Assembly: GCA_947581615.1 (NCBI GenBank)
Contig: CANPVD010000064.1
Coordinates: forward strand, 53,071 to 117,070
DNA length: 64,000 nucleotides
Direction: 5' to 3'
From: Candidatus Humimonas hydrogenitrophica
Lineage (GTDB): Bacteria; Gemmatimonadota; Gemmatimonadetes; Palauibacterales; Palauibacteraceae
In this document: positions 30,081 through 40,553 of the stretch, piece by piece
Layout of the letters: each line of letters starts with the position of its first letter
How positions within the stretch are numbered: position 1 is the first letter of the stretch
The notes under the pieces: generated by a model
Databases searched by the model: none
What the model was told of the DNA's origin: nothing
The model's input: only the letters and a program-made list of their open reading frames with translations
Translations under genes and position numbers: made by a program

Positions 30081-31703
30081 ATGTACCATTCGCACTGGAT
30101 CCTGACGCTCCTGCTGGCGATTCCCCTCGCGGGGGCGTTCGCCTGCCTCGGCGTTTCGGGCGAGCGCGCCGGCCGGGTGGCCCTGTGGACCACCGTGCTG
30201 GAGGCGGCCCTGGCGCTGCCCCTGTTCTGGACGTTCCGCATCGGAGCGGGGAGCTTCCAGAACACGGTGTCGGTGCCGTGGATTGGGGCCTGGGGGATCG
30301 GCTACCGCGTCGGGATCGACGGGATCTCCCTGCTCATGGTCCTGCTCACGGTGGTGATCATGCCGCTCGCCGTGGCCGGGTCCTTCCGATACATCGAGCG
30401 CCACCGGCCCGCCTATTACGCCAGCATGCTGGTCCTCACGACCGGGATGCTGGGCGTGTTCGTGGCCCTGGACATGTTCCTGTTCTACGTGTTCTGGGAG
30501 CTCATGCTCGTCCCGATGTACTTCATCATCGGGATCTGGGGCGGGGAGCGGCGCCTCTACTCGGCCATCAAGTTCTTCCTGTACACGACGGTGGGGTCGC
30601 TCCTCATGCTGGTGGCGATCGCCGGCCTCGTGTACCTCCACTGGAGGAGTTCGGGGACCGTGACCTTCGCGTATGCGGAGCTCCTGAACACGCCGATCTC
30701 GAGACCGGTCCAGTTCTGGCTGTTCGCGGCGTTCGCGCTGGCGTTCGCGATCAAGGTTCCGATGTTCCCGCTGCACACGTGGCTGCCGGACGCCCACACG
30801 GAGGCGCCCACGGCGGGCTCCGTGGTGCTGGCGGGCATCCTCCTGAAGATGGGCACCTACGGCTTCCTCCGGTTCGGCATCCCCCTGTTCCCCAGGGCGG
30901 CGACGAGCCACGCCGTGGTGGGCCTGTTCGTGACGCTGGCCGTGATCGGGATCCTGTACGCGGCCTGGGTGGCCGCGGTGCAGCCGGATGCCAAGAAGCT
31001 GGTCGCGTACACGTCCGTGGCCCACCTGGGCTTCGTCATGCTGGGCGTGTTCGGGTTCACGGCCGAGGGACTCCAGGGTGGCATCCTCCAGATGGTGAAC
31101 CACGGGATCTCCACGGGTGCGCTGTTCCTCCTGATCGGCATGCTGTACGAGCGGCGGCACACGCGGAACATCGCCGACTTCGGCGGCATCGCGAAGGTGA
31201 TGCCCGTGTTCGCGGTGTGCCTGGTCGTGGTGGCGCTGAGCTCGATCGGGCTGCCCGGAACGAATGGCTTCGTGGGCGAGTTCCTGATCCTGGTGGGCAC
31301 CTTCCGGACCCACCCGCTGGCCACGGTGATCGCGGCCACGGGAGTGATCTTCGCCGCCTGCTACATGCTGCCCATGGTGCAGCGGGTGATCCTGAACCCG
31401 CTGGACCGGCAGGAGAACCGGGAGCTCCAGGACCTGGGGGGACGGGAGCGGGCCATTCTCGTGCCGCTGCTGGCCCTCATCCTCCTGATCGGCGTGTACC
31501 CGAAGCCCTTCCTGGATCGCCTGGCCCCGGCGGTCGACCGCGTCCTGCAGCGAGTCGACATGCTCCCGTCGGTGCCCACGGCACGGGCGGAGCGAGCCCT
31601 CCCGCCGGGCGTGCGCCTGGGGAGAGAGGCGTTCACGGCGAACCTCTCCGGCGTCGTCGACGCACCGCCCGCGCCCGCGCCGGGCCCGGAGCGTGGCTCG
31701 TGA
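30081..31703 (+). CDS. nuoM: NADH-quinone oxidoreductase subunit M
   Basis: 540 aa antiporter-like subunit; WLPDAHTEAPTAGSVVLAGILLKMG. Confidence 0.9.
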   Translation: MYHSHWILTLLLAIPLAGAFACLGVSGERAGRVALWTTVLEAALALPLFWTFRIGAGSFQNTVSVPWIGAWGIGYRVGIDGISLLMVLLTVVIMPLAVAGSFRYIERHRPAYYASMLVLTTGMLGVFVALDMFLFYVFWELMLVPMYFIIGIWGGERRLYSAIKFFLYTTVGSLLMLVAIAGLVYLHWRSSGTVTFAYAELLNTPISRPVQFWLFAAFALAFAIKVPMFPLHTWLPDAHTEAPTAGSVVLAGILLKMGTYGFLRFGIPLFPRAATSHAVVGLFVTLAVIGILYAAWVAAVQPDAKKLVAYTSVAHLGFVMLGVFGFTAEGLQGGILQMVNHGISTGALFLLIGMLYERRHTRNIADFGGIAKVMPVFAVCLVVVALSSIGLPGTNGFVGEFLILVGTFRTHPLATVIAATGVIFAACYMLPMVQRVILNPLDRQENRELQDLGGRERAILVPLLALILLIGVYPKPFLDRLAPAVDRVLQRVDMLPSVPTARAERALPPGVRLGREAFTANLSGVVDAPPAPAPGPERGS

Positions 31704-33280
31704 GCGGAGCGTCGGACGTGGCCGGCCAGGTCGGTTACCTGAGAGCGCTCCTTCCGGAGATCGTGCTGACGGTGTCGGCCCTCGTGGTGCTGCTGGTGGA
31801 CGTGTTCCAGAGAGGAGAGCACCGGGGGCCGAGCGGGTCGAGCGTGCGGTGGCTGTCCGTGATCGGCGTGCTGCTGGCGGCGGCCGCCAACGTGACCCTG
31901 ATCTCGCTCGGTCCGGCCGGCCCCGACGCGCTCGTCGCGCTGGACGGCTTCCGCGTCCTGGCCAACTTCATCATCCTCGGCGCGACCTTGCTAGGGCTCC
32001 TGTTCGCGTTCGACTATCTGAAGCGGGAGGGACTGGAGATCGGCGAGTTCTATGCCCTCCTGCTGCTGGCCAGCGTGGGCATGATGATCCTCTCGGGCGC
32101 CCAGGACCTGGTCCTCATCTTCCTGGGGCTCGAGATGATGTCGATCTCGGTCTACGTCCTCACCGCCTTCAACCGGGAGGATCCACGCTCGGCGGAGGCG
32201 GGACTCAAGTACTTCCTCATCGGGGCGTTCGCCAGCGCGTTCTTCATCTATGGCGTCGCGCTCCTGTACGGGGCCACCGGAACGACGCACCTGGTTCGCA
32301 TGGCCTCGGTGCTCTCGCACGGTCATCCCGGGCTCCTCACCGCGGGCGGCGCGGGGCTCCTGCTGATCGGCTTCGGATTCAAGGTGTCGGCCGTCCCCTT
32401 CCACGCCTGGGCGCCCGACGCCTACCAGGGGGCCCCGACGCCGGTGACCGGGTACATGGCCTCGGGAGTGAAGGCCGCAGCGATGCTGGCCCTGTTCCGC
32501 GTCCTTTGGGTGAGCCTGGGCAGCGTCCAGGGCTACTGGCACGGGACGATCTGGTGGCTGGCCGTGTTGACCATGGTCGTGCCCAACCTGGTGGCGCTGG
32601 TCCAGGACGACGTGAAGCGGATGCTCGCCTACAGCTCGGTGGCGCACGCCGGCTACCTCCTGGTGGGGGTCGCCGCCGGCGGCCCCCTGGGCCGCGGAGC
32701 GGCGCTGTTCTACCTGGTGGTCTATACGCTGATGACCGTGGGCGCCTTCGCGGTCGTCTACGTGGTGGCGGGGAAGGGCGACCGACACTCGCACCTCGCC
32801 GATTTCCGCGGCCTGGGCTGGCGCAGGCCCTGGCTCGCCGGGGCGCTGGGGATCTTCCTGCTGTCGCTGGCCGGGTTCCCGCCCACGGGCGGCTTCGTGG
32901 GCAAGCTCTACCTGCTGCGAGCCGCGGTCGGCTCCCACCAGCCCGGCCTGGCCGTGATCCTCGTCCTCACCAGCCTGGTGGCCTACTACTACTACCTGCG
33001 GGTCGTGTGGAAGATGTACTTCGAGGACGCGCCCGCCGACGTGCCCGAGCCGGACGTCACCGGACGGGCCTTCCGATTCGGGGCCGTCCTGTGCGTGGCG
33101 GGGATCCTGGTCGCCGGCCTCGTGCCTGGACCGGCCGTGGATGCGGCGGGCAGCGCCGGGTTGACCGGGGCCTCGGCCCCGTCGGTCGATGAATCGGTCG
33201 CTTCGACGGCTCCGGGAGCTCGGCAGGATGCGAAGCCGCGGACGCACCCGCGGCGAGCCGCGGCCAGGGCGCAGGAGTAG
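31700..33280 (+). CDS. nuoN: NADH-quinone oxidoreductase subunit N
   Basis: GTG overlaps the nuoM stop (GTGA). 526 aa antiporter-like subunit; WAPDAYQGAPTPVTGYMASGVKAAAM. Confidence 0.88.
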   Translation: MSGASDVAGQVGYLRALLPEIVLTVSALVVLLVDVFQRGEHRGPSGSSVRWLSVIGVLLAAAANVTLISLGPAGPDALVALDGFRVLANFIILGATLLGLLFAFDYLKREGLEIGEFYALLLLASVGMMILSGAQDLVLIFLGLEMMSISVYVLTAFNREDPRSAEAGLKYFLIGAFASAFFIYGVALLYGATGTTHLVRMASVLSHGHPGLLTAGGAGLLLIGFGFKVSAVPFHAWAPDAYQGAPTPVTGYMASGVKAAAMLALFRVLWVSLGSVQGYWHGTIWWLAVLTMVVPNLVALVQDDVKRMLAYSSVAHAGYLLVGVAAGGPLGRGAALFYLVVYTLMTVGAFAVVYVVAGKGDRHSHLADFRGLGWRRPWLAGALGIFLLSLAGFPPTGGFVGKLYLLRAAVGSHQPGLAVILVLTSLVAYYYYLRVVWKMYFEDAPADVPEPDVTGRAFRFGAVLCVAGILVAGLVPGPAVDAAGSAGLTGASAPSVDESVASTAPGARQDAKPRTHPRRAAARAQE

Positions 33281-33357
33281 GAGCCGCTCCGGCGAGTCTG
33301 CCGAAGCGCCGCGAGCGCCCGCCCGCCACGAACCCACGATCCCGCTCCTCCACCGAG

Positions 33358-34755
33358 GTGAACATGCAGGTCCCCGACTGGATTTTCCGGGAGTACGACA
33401 TCCGCGGCGTGGTCGGTGAGGACCTGACCCTGGACGTCGCCCGGGCCGTCGGCCGCGCGTTCGCCACGCGGCTCGGAGCGGGCGCGTGCGTGGCGGTGGG
33501 TCACGACAACAGGCTGAGCTCGCCCGACCTGGCCGCCGCCCTGTGCGACGGGCTCGAGCGATCGGGCGTCGACATCCGCTTCCTGGGCACGGTCCCCACG
33601 CCTGTCCTCTACTTCGGGGAGCGGGTCCTGGAGGTGGAGGGCGCCATCCAGATCACGGGCTCGCACAATCCGCCGGAGTACAACGGCCTCAAGATGGTCG
33701 TCGGGGGCGAGGCCCTGTACGGCGACGACATCCGGGGGCTCAGGGGTCGGATCGAGACAGACGATTACAGCGACGGAAACGGGCGCACCGAGCGCGTGGA
33801 GATCCTGGACCGGTACGTGGAAGTGATTGCGCAGCGGGCTCCGATCTCACCTTCCACGCCGCTCACCCTCGATTGCGGCAACGGGACCGGGAGCGTGGTG
33901 GCGCCGCGGGCCCTCGAGGCCGCGGGGGCACGGGTGGATCCCCTCTACTGCGAGTCGGACGGACGGTTCCCGAACCACCATCCCGACCCCACCGTCGACG
34001 AGAACGTGCGGGACCTGATCGCCCGGGTGTGCGACCGGGACGACGGCTTCGGGGTGGGCCTGGACGGGGACGCGGATCGGATCGGCGTGGTCACCGAGAC
34101 GGGCCGCATCGTGCGCGGAGACCACCTCCTGCTCCTGTTCGCGCTCGACCTGCTGGAGCGGCTCCCGGGCGCCGAGGTCATCTTCGACGTGAAGTGCTCC
34201 AAGGCCCTGCCGGAGCTCATCCGGGCGGAGGGGGGGGTACCGGTGATGTGGAAGACCGGCCACTCCCTCATCAAGGAGCGGATGCGGCGAACGTCGGCTC
34301 CACTGGCAGGTGAGATGAGTGGCCACATCTGTTTTTCTGACAATTACTTCGGGTTTGATGATGCAATCTACGCGGCGGCGCGGCTGGCCGCCATCGTGGC
34401 CCGTCGGGGCTGCCCGGTCGACGAACTCGCCGCCCGCATCCCCGACTACCCGTCGACGCCAGAGCTCCGGCTGGACTGCCCGGAAGAGCGTAAGTTCCAG
34501 GTGGTCGAGCGCGTGGCTCGCAGGTTCGGAGGCGAGCGCGAGGTCTTCGACCTGGACGGAGCACGTATCGACTTCGGGGAGGGGTGGGCCCTGGTGAGAG
34601 CCAGCAACACGCAGCCGGTGGTGGTCGTCCGCTTCGAGGCGGAATCCGCGGAGGGACTGGCCGCCATCCACGACGCGGTGGGTCGGGTGCTGGAGGAGGA
34701 AGGCCTGGAGGTCCCTCCGCTTGCTGAGGGTTCAGGCGCCGATGCGACCGGCTAG
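33358..34755 (+). CDS. Phosphomannomutase/phosphoglucomutase (alpha-D-phosphohexomutase)
   Basis: Active-site Ser loop TGSHNPPEYNGLK; metal-binding DGDADR; GEMSGH sugar-binding loop; 465 aa. Confidence 0.88.
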   Translation: MNMQVPDWIFREYDIRGVVGEDLTLDVARAVGRAFATRLGAGACVAVGHDNRLSSPDLAAALCDGLERSGVDIRFLGTVPTPVLYFGERVLEVEGAIQITGSHNPPEYNGLKMVVGGEALYGDDIRGLRGRIETDDYSDGNGRTERVEILDRYVEVIAQRAPISPSTPLTLDCGNGTGSVVAPRALEAAGARVDPLYCESDGRFPNHHPDPTVDENVRDLIARVCDRDDGFGVGLDGDADRIGVVTETGRIVRGDHLLLLFALDLLERLPGAEVIFDVKCSKALPELIRAEGGVPVMWKTGHSLIKERMRRTSAPLAGEMSGHICFSDNYFGFDDAIYAAARLAAIVARRGCPVDELAARIPDYPSTPELRLDCPEERKFQVVERVARRFGGEREVFDLDGARIDFGEGWALVRASNTQPVVVVRFEAESAEGLAAIHDAVGRVLEEEGLEVPPLAEGSGADATG

Positions 34756-37501
34756 AACGCTCCGGCTGGCGGTCTCGACCGCCGCGGTGCTCGCCGTCCT
34801 CCTCCTCGTGGGGGAGGCGGCGCGCTTCTACGCCGATGCCGCCTGGTTCGGCGCCCTGGGCTATGCCGACCGGTTCTGGACGCTCGAGATCGCCACGGTG
34901 GTGGCCTGGGTCGTCCTCTTCCTGCTCACGACCGGGATCCTGTGGATCTCCCTGCGCGGCACGGCCCGGCACGGCGGCCCCATCCGAATCCGCCGCCGCC
35001 TGGGTGACCTCGAGATCGCCGAGGCCCTGCCGGAGCACTGGGTCCAGCTGGCCGTGGTGGGCGCGGCGGTCGGTGCGGGCGTGCTGGTGGCGTTCCCGTT
35101 CGGCCGCGGCCTGGCGGAGCAGGTGCTCGTGGCGGCGCACGCGCCGGCCTGGGGCGGCCCCGACCCGGTGCTGGGTCACGATCCGCGCTTCTACGTGTTC
35201 TACCTGCCGGTGCTGGAGTCCGTGTGGTCCGTCCTGGTCTCGATCGTGACCTGGGTGGCCATCGGATCCGCGTCGCTCCTCCTGCTCACCGGTCGCATCA
35301 GGCCCACGGGGAGCGGCGTGCACGTGGACACGTTCGCCCGCCGCCGGCTCGCGTGGGTCGGGGCGGCGATCCTGGTGCTGGTGGCCGTCCACTTCGGACT
35401 GTCCGTGTTCGAGACGGTGGCGGCCGGGCCGGTGGGCTACGCGCAGGTACACGGTGACATTCCGGCGCGGCGCCTCGTGGCGGTCCTCGCGCTCGTGGCC
35501 GCTGGAGCCCTCGTCGTGGCCGAGCGCACCGGACGCTGGAAGCTCCTGGCCTGGGCCGGGGGGCTTCTGGCCGTCGGCTGGGCGGCGGGGCTCGTCCTGT
35601 ATCCGGATCTCGTGCAGCGCCTCAAGGTGGAGCCCAACGAGCTCGAGGTGGAGCGGCCGTATCTGGCCTATAATATCGCGGCCACCCGGCGGGGCTTCCT
35701 CCTGGACAGCGTCCACCGGGTGGGATACCCGCTCACCGGCAAGGCGCCGCCCACCTCCGTCGTGGAGCGCTTCGCCTCCAGTCTGCCGCTGTGGGACGAG
35801 CGACCCCTGCAAGCCACGTTCGACCAGCTCCAGGGATTGCTGGCCTACCACACGTTCCCCGACGTGGACGCCGACCGTTACGGCCGCGGGAACGACCGCC
35901 AGCAGGTGGCGGTGGGGGTGCGCGAGTTCGATCCGTCGCGGCTCGCCCCGTCGGCGCGCACGTGGCAGAACCTCCACCTGCGGTACTCGCATGGCCAGGG
36001 CATCGTGGTGACGGCGGTGGACCGGGCGTCTACGGGCGGCGAGCCCGACTACCTGGTCCGGGACCTGCCACCCACGCTGGCGCCCGGGGCTCCGTCCTCG
36101 CTCGCCGTGCGCGAGCCACGCACCTATTTCGGCGAGCTCACCACGCCGTACGTGCTCGTACCTCCGGATTCGATCCCGTCGGCCGGCCGGCCCGCCGGAG
36201 TGCCGGTGGGAGGGCTCGTGCGGCGGGCACTCCTCGCCCTCGCACTGGATTCCAAGAACCTCCTCCTGCGGTCGCCGGGACCCCAGGGGACGCTGCTCCT
36301 GTGGCGGCGTCAGGTGGTCCAGCGGGTACGAGCGCTCGTGCCGTTCCTGTTCGTGGATGCCGATCCGCACCCCGTCATCCACGACGGGCGAATCGTATGG
36401 ATCCTGGACGTGTACTCGGCGGCCAGCCGCTTTCCGCTCTCCGCGCCGTCGTCTCTCCGCGGTCGGCAGGTCCGCTATGTCCGTCCGTCCGTCAAGGCGG
36501 TGGTCGATGGAGTGACGGGAGAGGTGTCGCTGTACGTCATGCGGCCGCACGACCCGTTCCTTGCGGCCTATCGGGGCGTCTTCCCCGGACTGTTCGAGCC
36601 CCTGTCCGCCATGCCGGCCGACGTGCGTTCGCACATCCGGTATCCGAGGGCGCTGTTCGGTGCGCAGGCGCGGGTCCTCCAGGCGTACCACATGACCGAT
36701 CCCGTGGACTTCTACAGGAAGCAGGACCTGTGGAGCATCGGGCAGGAGGTGTACGAGGACACCCCGGCGCCGGTGGAGCCGTACTTCCTGCTCATGCCTT
36801 TCCCGGACACGACCGGAGCCGGCGGGACCGGGACGGCGTCGGACTCGGCGTCCGCGGACACGGCGGCGAGCGGCCGCGAGCCCGAGTTCCTGCTCACGGT
36901 GCCGTTCACGCCCCGCAGCCGGGACAACCTGAGCGCCTTCCTGCTGGCGCGGAACGACGGCGGCCACTACGGGGAGATGTGGCTGTTCGACATCTCGAGC
37001 CGGCAGCAGGTGTTCGGCCCCCGCCAGATCGAGGTCCAGATCGACCAGGACCCGATCATCTCCCAGCAGCTCTCCCTGTGGCGTCAGCGGGGCTCGCGCG
37101 CGATCCGGGGACATCTCCTCCTCCTCCCGGTGCGCGGGTTCCTCCTCTACGTGGAGCCGCTGTTCCTCGAGGCCGAGGACCGGGAAGGTGCGGCGCCGGG
37201 GCTCAAGCGGGTCATCGCGGCCACGGGAGCCGGGGTGACCATGGCCACCACGCTGGATGGCGCGCTGGAGCGCCTCCTGTCCGGTCAGGCGGCCGAGCCC
37301 GTGTCGCCGCTGCCGGGAGCGCAGGGCCAGGGCGAGGCAGCGGCCGCGTCCCCCCCGCCGACGCTGCGCTCCCTCCGGTCACTGCTCGATTCCGCCGACC
37401 GGGCCCTGCGAGCCGGGGATCTGGTCCGGTTCGGCACGCTGTGGGAGCGAATCCGCTCGACGGCGGGAGCCCGCGACACCGCCTCCGGGAGCGGCTCTTG
37501 A
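34742..37501 (+). CDS. UPF0182-family large integral membrane protein (function unknown)
   Basis: About 920 aa. Seven N-terminal TM helices, then a large non-membrane domain with an internal Thr/Gly/Ala/Ser/Asp-rich insert (DTTGAGGTGTASDSASADTAASG). First ATG is at 34742; the ORF is open from a TTG at 34721. Confidence 0.75.
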   Translation: MRPARTLRLAVSTAAVLAVLLLVGEAARFYADAAWFGALGYADRFWTLEIATVVAWVVLFLLTTGILWISLRGTARHGGPIRIRRRLGDLEIAEALPEHWVQLAVVGAAVGAGVLVAFPFGRGLAEQVLVAAHAPAWGGPDPVLGHDPRFYVFYLPVLESVWSVLVSIVTWVAIGSASLLLLTGRIRPTGSGVHVDTFARRRLAWVGAAILVLVAVHFGLSVFETVAAGPVGYAQVHGDIPARRLVAVLALVAAGALVVAERTGRWKLLAWAGGLLAVGWAAGLVLYPDLVQRLKVEPNELEVERPYLAYNIAATRRGFLLDSVHRVGYPLTGKAPPTSVVERFASSLPLWDERPLQATFDQLQGLLAYHTFPDVDADRYGRGNDRQQVAVGVREFDPSRLAPSARTWQNLHLRYSHGQGIVVTAVDRASTGGEPDYLVRDLPPTLAPGAPSSLAVREPRTYFGELTTPYVLVPPDSIPSAGRPAGVPVGGLVRRALLALALDSKNLLLRSPGPQGTLLLWRRQVVQRVRALVPFLFVDADPHPVIHDGRIVWILDVYSAASRFPLSAPSSLRGRQVRYVRPSVKAVVDGVTGEVSLYVMRPHDPFLAAYRGVFPGLFEPLSAMPADVRSHIRYPRALFGAQARVLQAYHMTDPVDFYRKQDLWSIGQEVYEDTPAPVEPYFLLMPFPDTTGAGGTGTASDSASADTAASGREPEFLLTVPFTPRSRDNLSAFLLARNDGGHYGEMWLFDISSRQQVFGPRQIEVQIDQDPIISQQLSLWRQRGSRAIRGHLLLLPVRGFLLYVEPLFLEAEDREGAAPGLKRVIAATGAGVTMATTLDGALERLLSGQAAEPVSPLPGAQGQGEAAAASPPPTLRSLRSLLDSADRALRAGDLVRFGTLWERIRSTAGARDTASGSGS

Positions 37502-38448
37502 CACGCAGCGTCGTGGTGGCGATCGGCGGGAACGCGCTGTCGCCCTCCAGCGAGCCGGCCACGGCGGCCAACCAGTTCCGCCACACCCGCGAGAGCCTCG
37601 CCCCGATCGTGGACTTCGTCCTCGAGGGGTGGAACGTGGCCATCGTCCACGGGAACGGTCCCCAGGTGGGCGACGAGCTCCTCCGGGGAGAAGAGGCCCG
37701 AGCGGCCGTGAGCCCCCTGCCGCTGGGCGTGCTGGTGGCGGCGACGGCGGGCTGGATCGGTTACATGATCCAGCAGTCGCTGGAGAACGCCCTCGATCGC
37801 GCCGGATGCGACCGCCGCGTGGTGACGCTGGTCACCCAGGTCGAGGTGGACCCTGAGCAGCCCGGTGCCCGCGAGCCGCGCAAGTTCGTGGGCCGGCCGG
37901 TGATGGAAGGGGATATCCCGGCGCTCGAGGCGGATGGCTTCACGGTGGACCGGGACGACCGGGGTCGCCTGCGCCGCCGCGTTCCGAGCCCGCCGCCCCT
38001 TCGCATCGTCGAGGCTCCGATCGTGTCGGAGCTGGTCGGCCGGGGGGACATCGTCGTCGCCGCGGGCGGGGGCGGGATCCCCGTGTACCGGGACCCCCGT
38101 CTCGGCCTCGAGGGGCTGGACGTGGTCGTCGACAAGGACCTCGCCGCGGCGCTCCTCGCCACGCAGATCGGGGCGAGCATCCTGCTGGTGCTCACCGACG
38201 TGGACGCCGTGTACCGCGATTACGGCACGCCGGATGCAAGCCCGATCGACCGGCTGACCCCCCCCGCCGCCCGACGACTCCTCGAGAGCGGCGAGCTCGG
38301 GCAGGGGAGCATGGCGCCTAAGGTCCGGGCCGCCGTCGAATTCGTGGAGCGCGGGGGGCGGCGGTCGGTCATCGCCGAGCTCCGGCACGCCCGTCGGGCG
38401 TTGGCCGGGGACTCCGGGACCGAGATCGTCCCGGAGTCCGTCGCGTGA
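37498..38448 (+). CDS. arcC: Carbamate kinase-like protein
   Basis: N-terminal VVVAIGGNAL; acetylglutamate/carbamate kinase fold (IVHGNGPQVG, VVAAGGGGIPV, GSMAPKVRAAVEF). The only in-frame start abutting UPF0182 is a TTG at 37498 overlapping its stop; alternative GTGs lie at 37510 and 37513. Confidence 0.75.
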   Translation: MTRSVVVAIGGNALSPSSEPATAANQFRHTRESLAPIVDFVLEGWNVAIVHGNGPQVGDELLRGEEARAAVSPLPLGVLVAATAGWIGYMIQQSLENALDRAGCDRRVVTLVTQVEVDPEQPGAREPRKFVGRPVMEGDIPALEADGFTVDRDDRGRLRRRVPSPPPLRIVEAPIVSELVGRGDIVVAAGGGGIPVYRDPRLGLEGLDVVVDKDLAAALLATQIGASILLVLTDVDAVYRDYGTPDASPIDRLTPPAARRLLESGELGQGSMAPKVRAAVEFVERGGRRSVIAELRHARRALAGDSGTEIVPESVA

Positions 38449-38547
38449 GGTAGGTAGGGACGGAGCCGTCCGGTACGCCGGTCGGCCGGCGCCGCGTCCG
38501 TGGGGACGGGGCACGCGGGGAAGCCAGGACATCGATATGGAGCGAGG

Positions 38548-39678
38548 ATGAACATTCACGAATATCAGGCGAAGGAAATCTTCCGGTCGCACGGAATGCC
38601 CGTGCCGCCGGGCGAGATCGCCACGAGTCCGGAGGCCGCCGCGGCGCTGGCCGAGGAGTACGGCGGCCGGGTCGTGGTCAAGGCGCAGGTGCACGCCGGC
38701 GGCCGGGGCAAGGCCGGCGGCGTGAAGCTGGCCGCCGGACCGGAGGAGGCCGCCGAGGCGGCCCGGGCCATCCTGGGCATGCAGATCAAGGGCCTCACGG
38801 TCCACAAGGTGCTGGTCACGCCCGCCGCCGAGATCGCCTCGGAGGCGTACGTGGGCATCGTGATGGACCGTGCCAGTCAGCGGCCGGTGTTCATGGTCTC
38901 CGCGGAGGGTGGGATCGACATCGAGGAGGTGGCCCGAGAGAACCCGGAGGCCATCCACCGGCAGCCGATCGATCCCCGATACGGCCTCCTCAACCACCAG
39001 GCCTCGCGGCTCGCCTTCCACCTGTACGACGACATCGGCGTCGTGCGTCAGGCGTCCGACGTCCTCCAGCGCCTGTGGCACGCGTACGAGGACTCCGGGG
39101 CCACGCTGGCCGAGGTGAACCCCCTGGTGGTGACGCCGGATGGGGACGTCGTCGCGATCGACGCCAAGATGAACATCGACGACAACGAGCTGTTCCGTCA
39201 GCCCGACATCGCGGCCATGCGTGACGAGGAGGCCGAGGCGTCCTCGGAGCGCCGGGCGCGAGAGGCGGGACTGAGTTACATCAAGCTCGACGGCAACGTG
39301 GGCTGCTGCGTGAACGGGGCGGGCCTGGCCATGGCCACCATGGACCTGGTCAAGTACTACGGCGGGGAGCCCGCTAATTTCCTCGACATCGGGGGCTCCT
39401 CCAATCCCGACAAGGTCGTGGCAGCGCTGTCGATCATCGGAGAGGATCCCCACGTCCGCTCCATCCTGTTCAACATCTTCGGCGGGATCACCCGGTGCGA
39501 CGACGTGGCCAACGGGATCGTGGAGGCCACCGACCGTCTGGAGCTGGATCTCCCGATCACGATCCGGCTCACGGGAACCAATGAGGAGGAGGGGGTCGCA
39601 ATCCTCGAGGAGCACGGGTTCCAGGCCATGATCGACATGGACGAGGCGGTTCAGCGCGCGGTGGGGGCGGTGTCATGA
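38548..39678 (+). CDS. sucC: Succinyl-CoA synthetase beta subunit
   Basis: [12 protein letters not shown]...; ATP-grasp motif [17 protein letters not shown]; ggagcgagg RBS. Confidence 0.92.
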   Translation: MNIHEYQAKEIFRSHGMPVPPGEIATSPEAAAALAEEYGGRVVVKAQVHAGGRGKAGGVKLAAGPEEAAEAARAILGMQIKGLTVHKVLVTPAAEIASEAYVGIVMDRASQRPVFMVSAEGGIDIEEVARENPEAIHRQPIDPRYGLLNHQASRLAFHLYDDIGVVRQASDVLQRLWHAYEDSGATLAEVNPLVVTPDGDVVAIDAKMNIDDNELFRQPDIAAMRDEEAEASSERRAREAGLSYIKLDGNVGCCVNGAGLAMATMDLVKYYGGEPANFLDIGGSSNPDKVVAALSIIGEDPHVRSILFNIFGGITRCDDVANGIVEATDRLELDLPITIRLTGTNEEEGVAILEEHGFQAMIDMDEAVQRAVGAVS

Positions 39679-40553
39679 GCGTGTTCATAGATGGCGAGAC
39701 GCGGGTGGCGGTCCAGGGCATCACGGGACGGGACGGCTCGTTCCACGCCCGACAGATGATCGAATACGGGACGAACGTCGTGGCCGGTGTGACACCGGGG
39801 AAGGGAGGTCAGCGATTCGACGACGCCGTCCCGGTGTTCGACACGGTCGAGCAGGCGGTCGAGGAGACGGGGGCCGAGGCCAGCGTCATCTTCGTCCCGG
39901 CGCGCTTCGCCGCCGACGCGGTGTTCGAGGCGGCTGACAGCGGCGTGGGGCTCGTGGTATGCATCACGGAGGGCCTACCGGTGCGGGACATGATGCGGGT
40001 CATGCCCTACCTGGAGGAGCGCGGCGTGCGGCTGATCGGGCCCAACTGTCCGGGCCTCATCGTCCCCGGTCAGGCCAAGATCGGCATCCTCCCTGGACAG
40101 ATCGTCCGCGAGGGCGCGGTGGGGATCGTGAGTCGCTCGGGGACGCTGACCTACGAGGTGATCCACCAGCTCACCACGCGGGGCGTGGGCCAATCGACCT
40201 GCGTCGGGATCGGCGGTGACCCGATCATCGGGACGGACTTCGTCGATTGCCTGCGAGCCTTTGAGGAGGACGGAGACACCGAGGCCGTCGTCCTCATCGG
40301 CGAGATCGGGGGCACGGACGAGCAGGTGGCGGCCCGCTGGGCCACGGAGAACCTCAGCAAGCCGCTCGTCGGCTTCATCGCGGGCCAGACCGCGCCGCCC
40401 GGCCGACGCATGGGCCACGCCGGGGCCATCATCAGCGGGTCCGAGGGCACGGCGGCCGAGAAGATGAGGACGTTCGAGGACCTCGGCATCGCCGTGGCGC
40501 GGCGTCCTTCGGAGATCGGCGAGATCGTCGCCGGTTGGATGGAGGAGGCGTGA
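39675..40553 (+). CDS. sucD: Succinyl-CoA synthetase alpha subunit
   Basis: ATG overlaps the sucC stop. CoA-binding [10 protein letters not shown]; phosphohistidine loop GHAGAIISG. Confidence 0.93.
   Translation: MSVFIDGETRVAVQGITGRDGSFHARQMIEYGTNVVAGVTPGKGGQRFDDAVPVFDTVEQAVEETGAEASVIFVPARFAADAVFEAADSGVGLVVCITEGLPVRDMMRVMPYLEERGVRLIGPNCPGLIVPGQAKIGILPGQIVREGAVGIVSRSGTLTYEVIHQLTTRGVGQSTCVGIGGDPIIGTDFVDCLRAFEEDGDTEAVVLIGEIGGTDEQVAARWATENLSKPLVGFIAGQTAPPGRRMGHAGAIISGSEGTAAEKMRTFEDLGIAVARRPSEIGEIVAGWMEEA

Noticed and set aside
19822-39615. Minus-strand ORFs antisense to the nuo operon, UPF0182 and sucC (19822..21942, 25736..27367, 34271..37114, 37285..39615)
   Set aside because: No recognisable domains and extreme Arg/Gly/Pro/His bias. 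They overlap genes with strong homology support.
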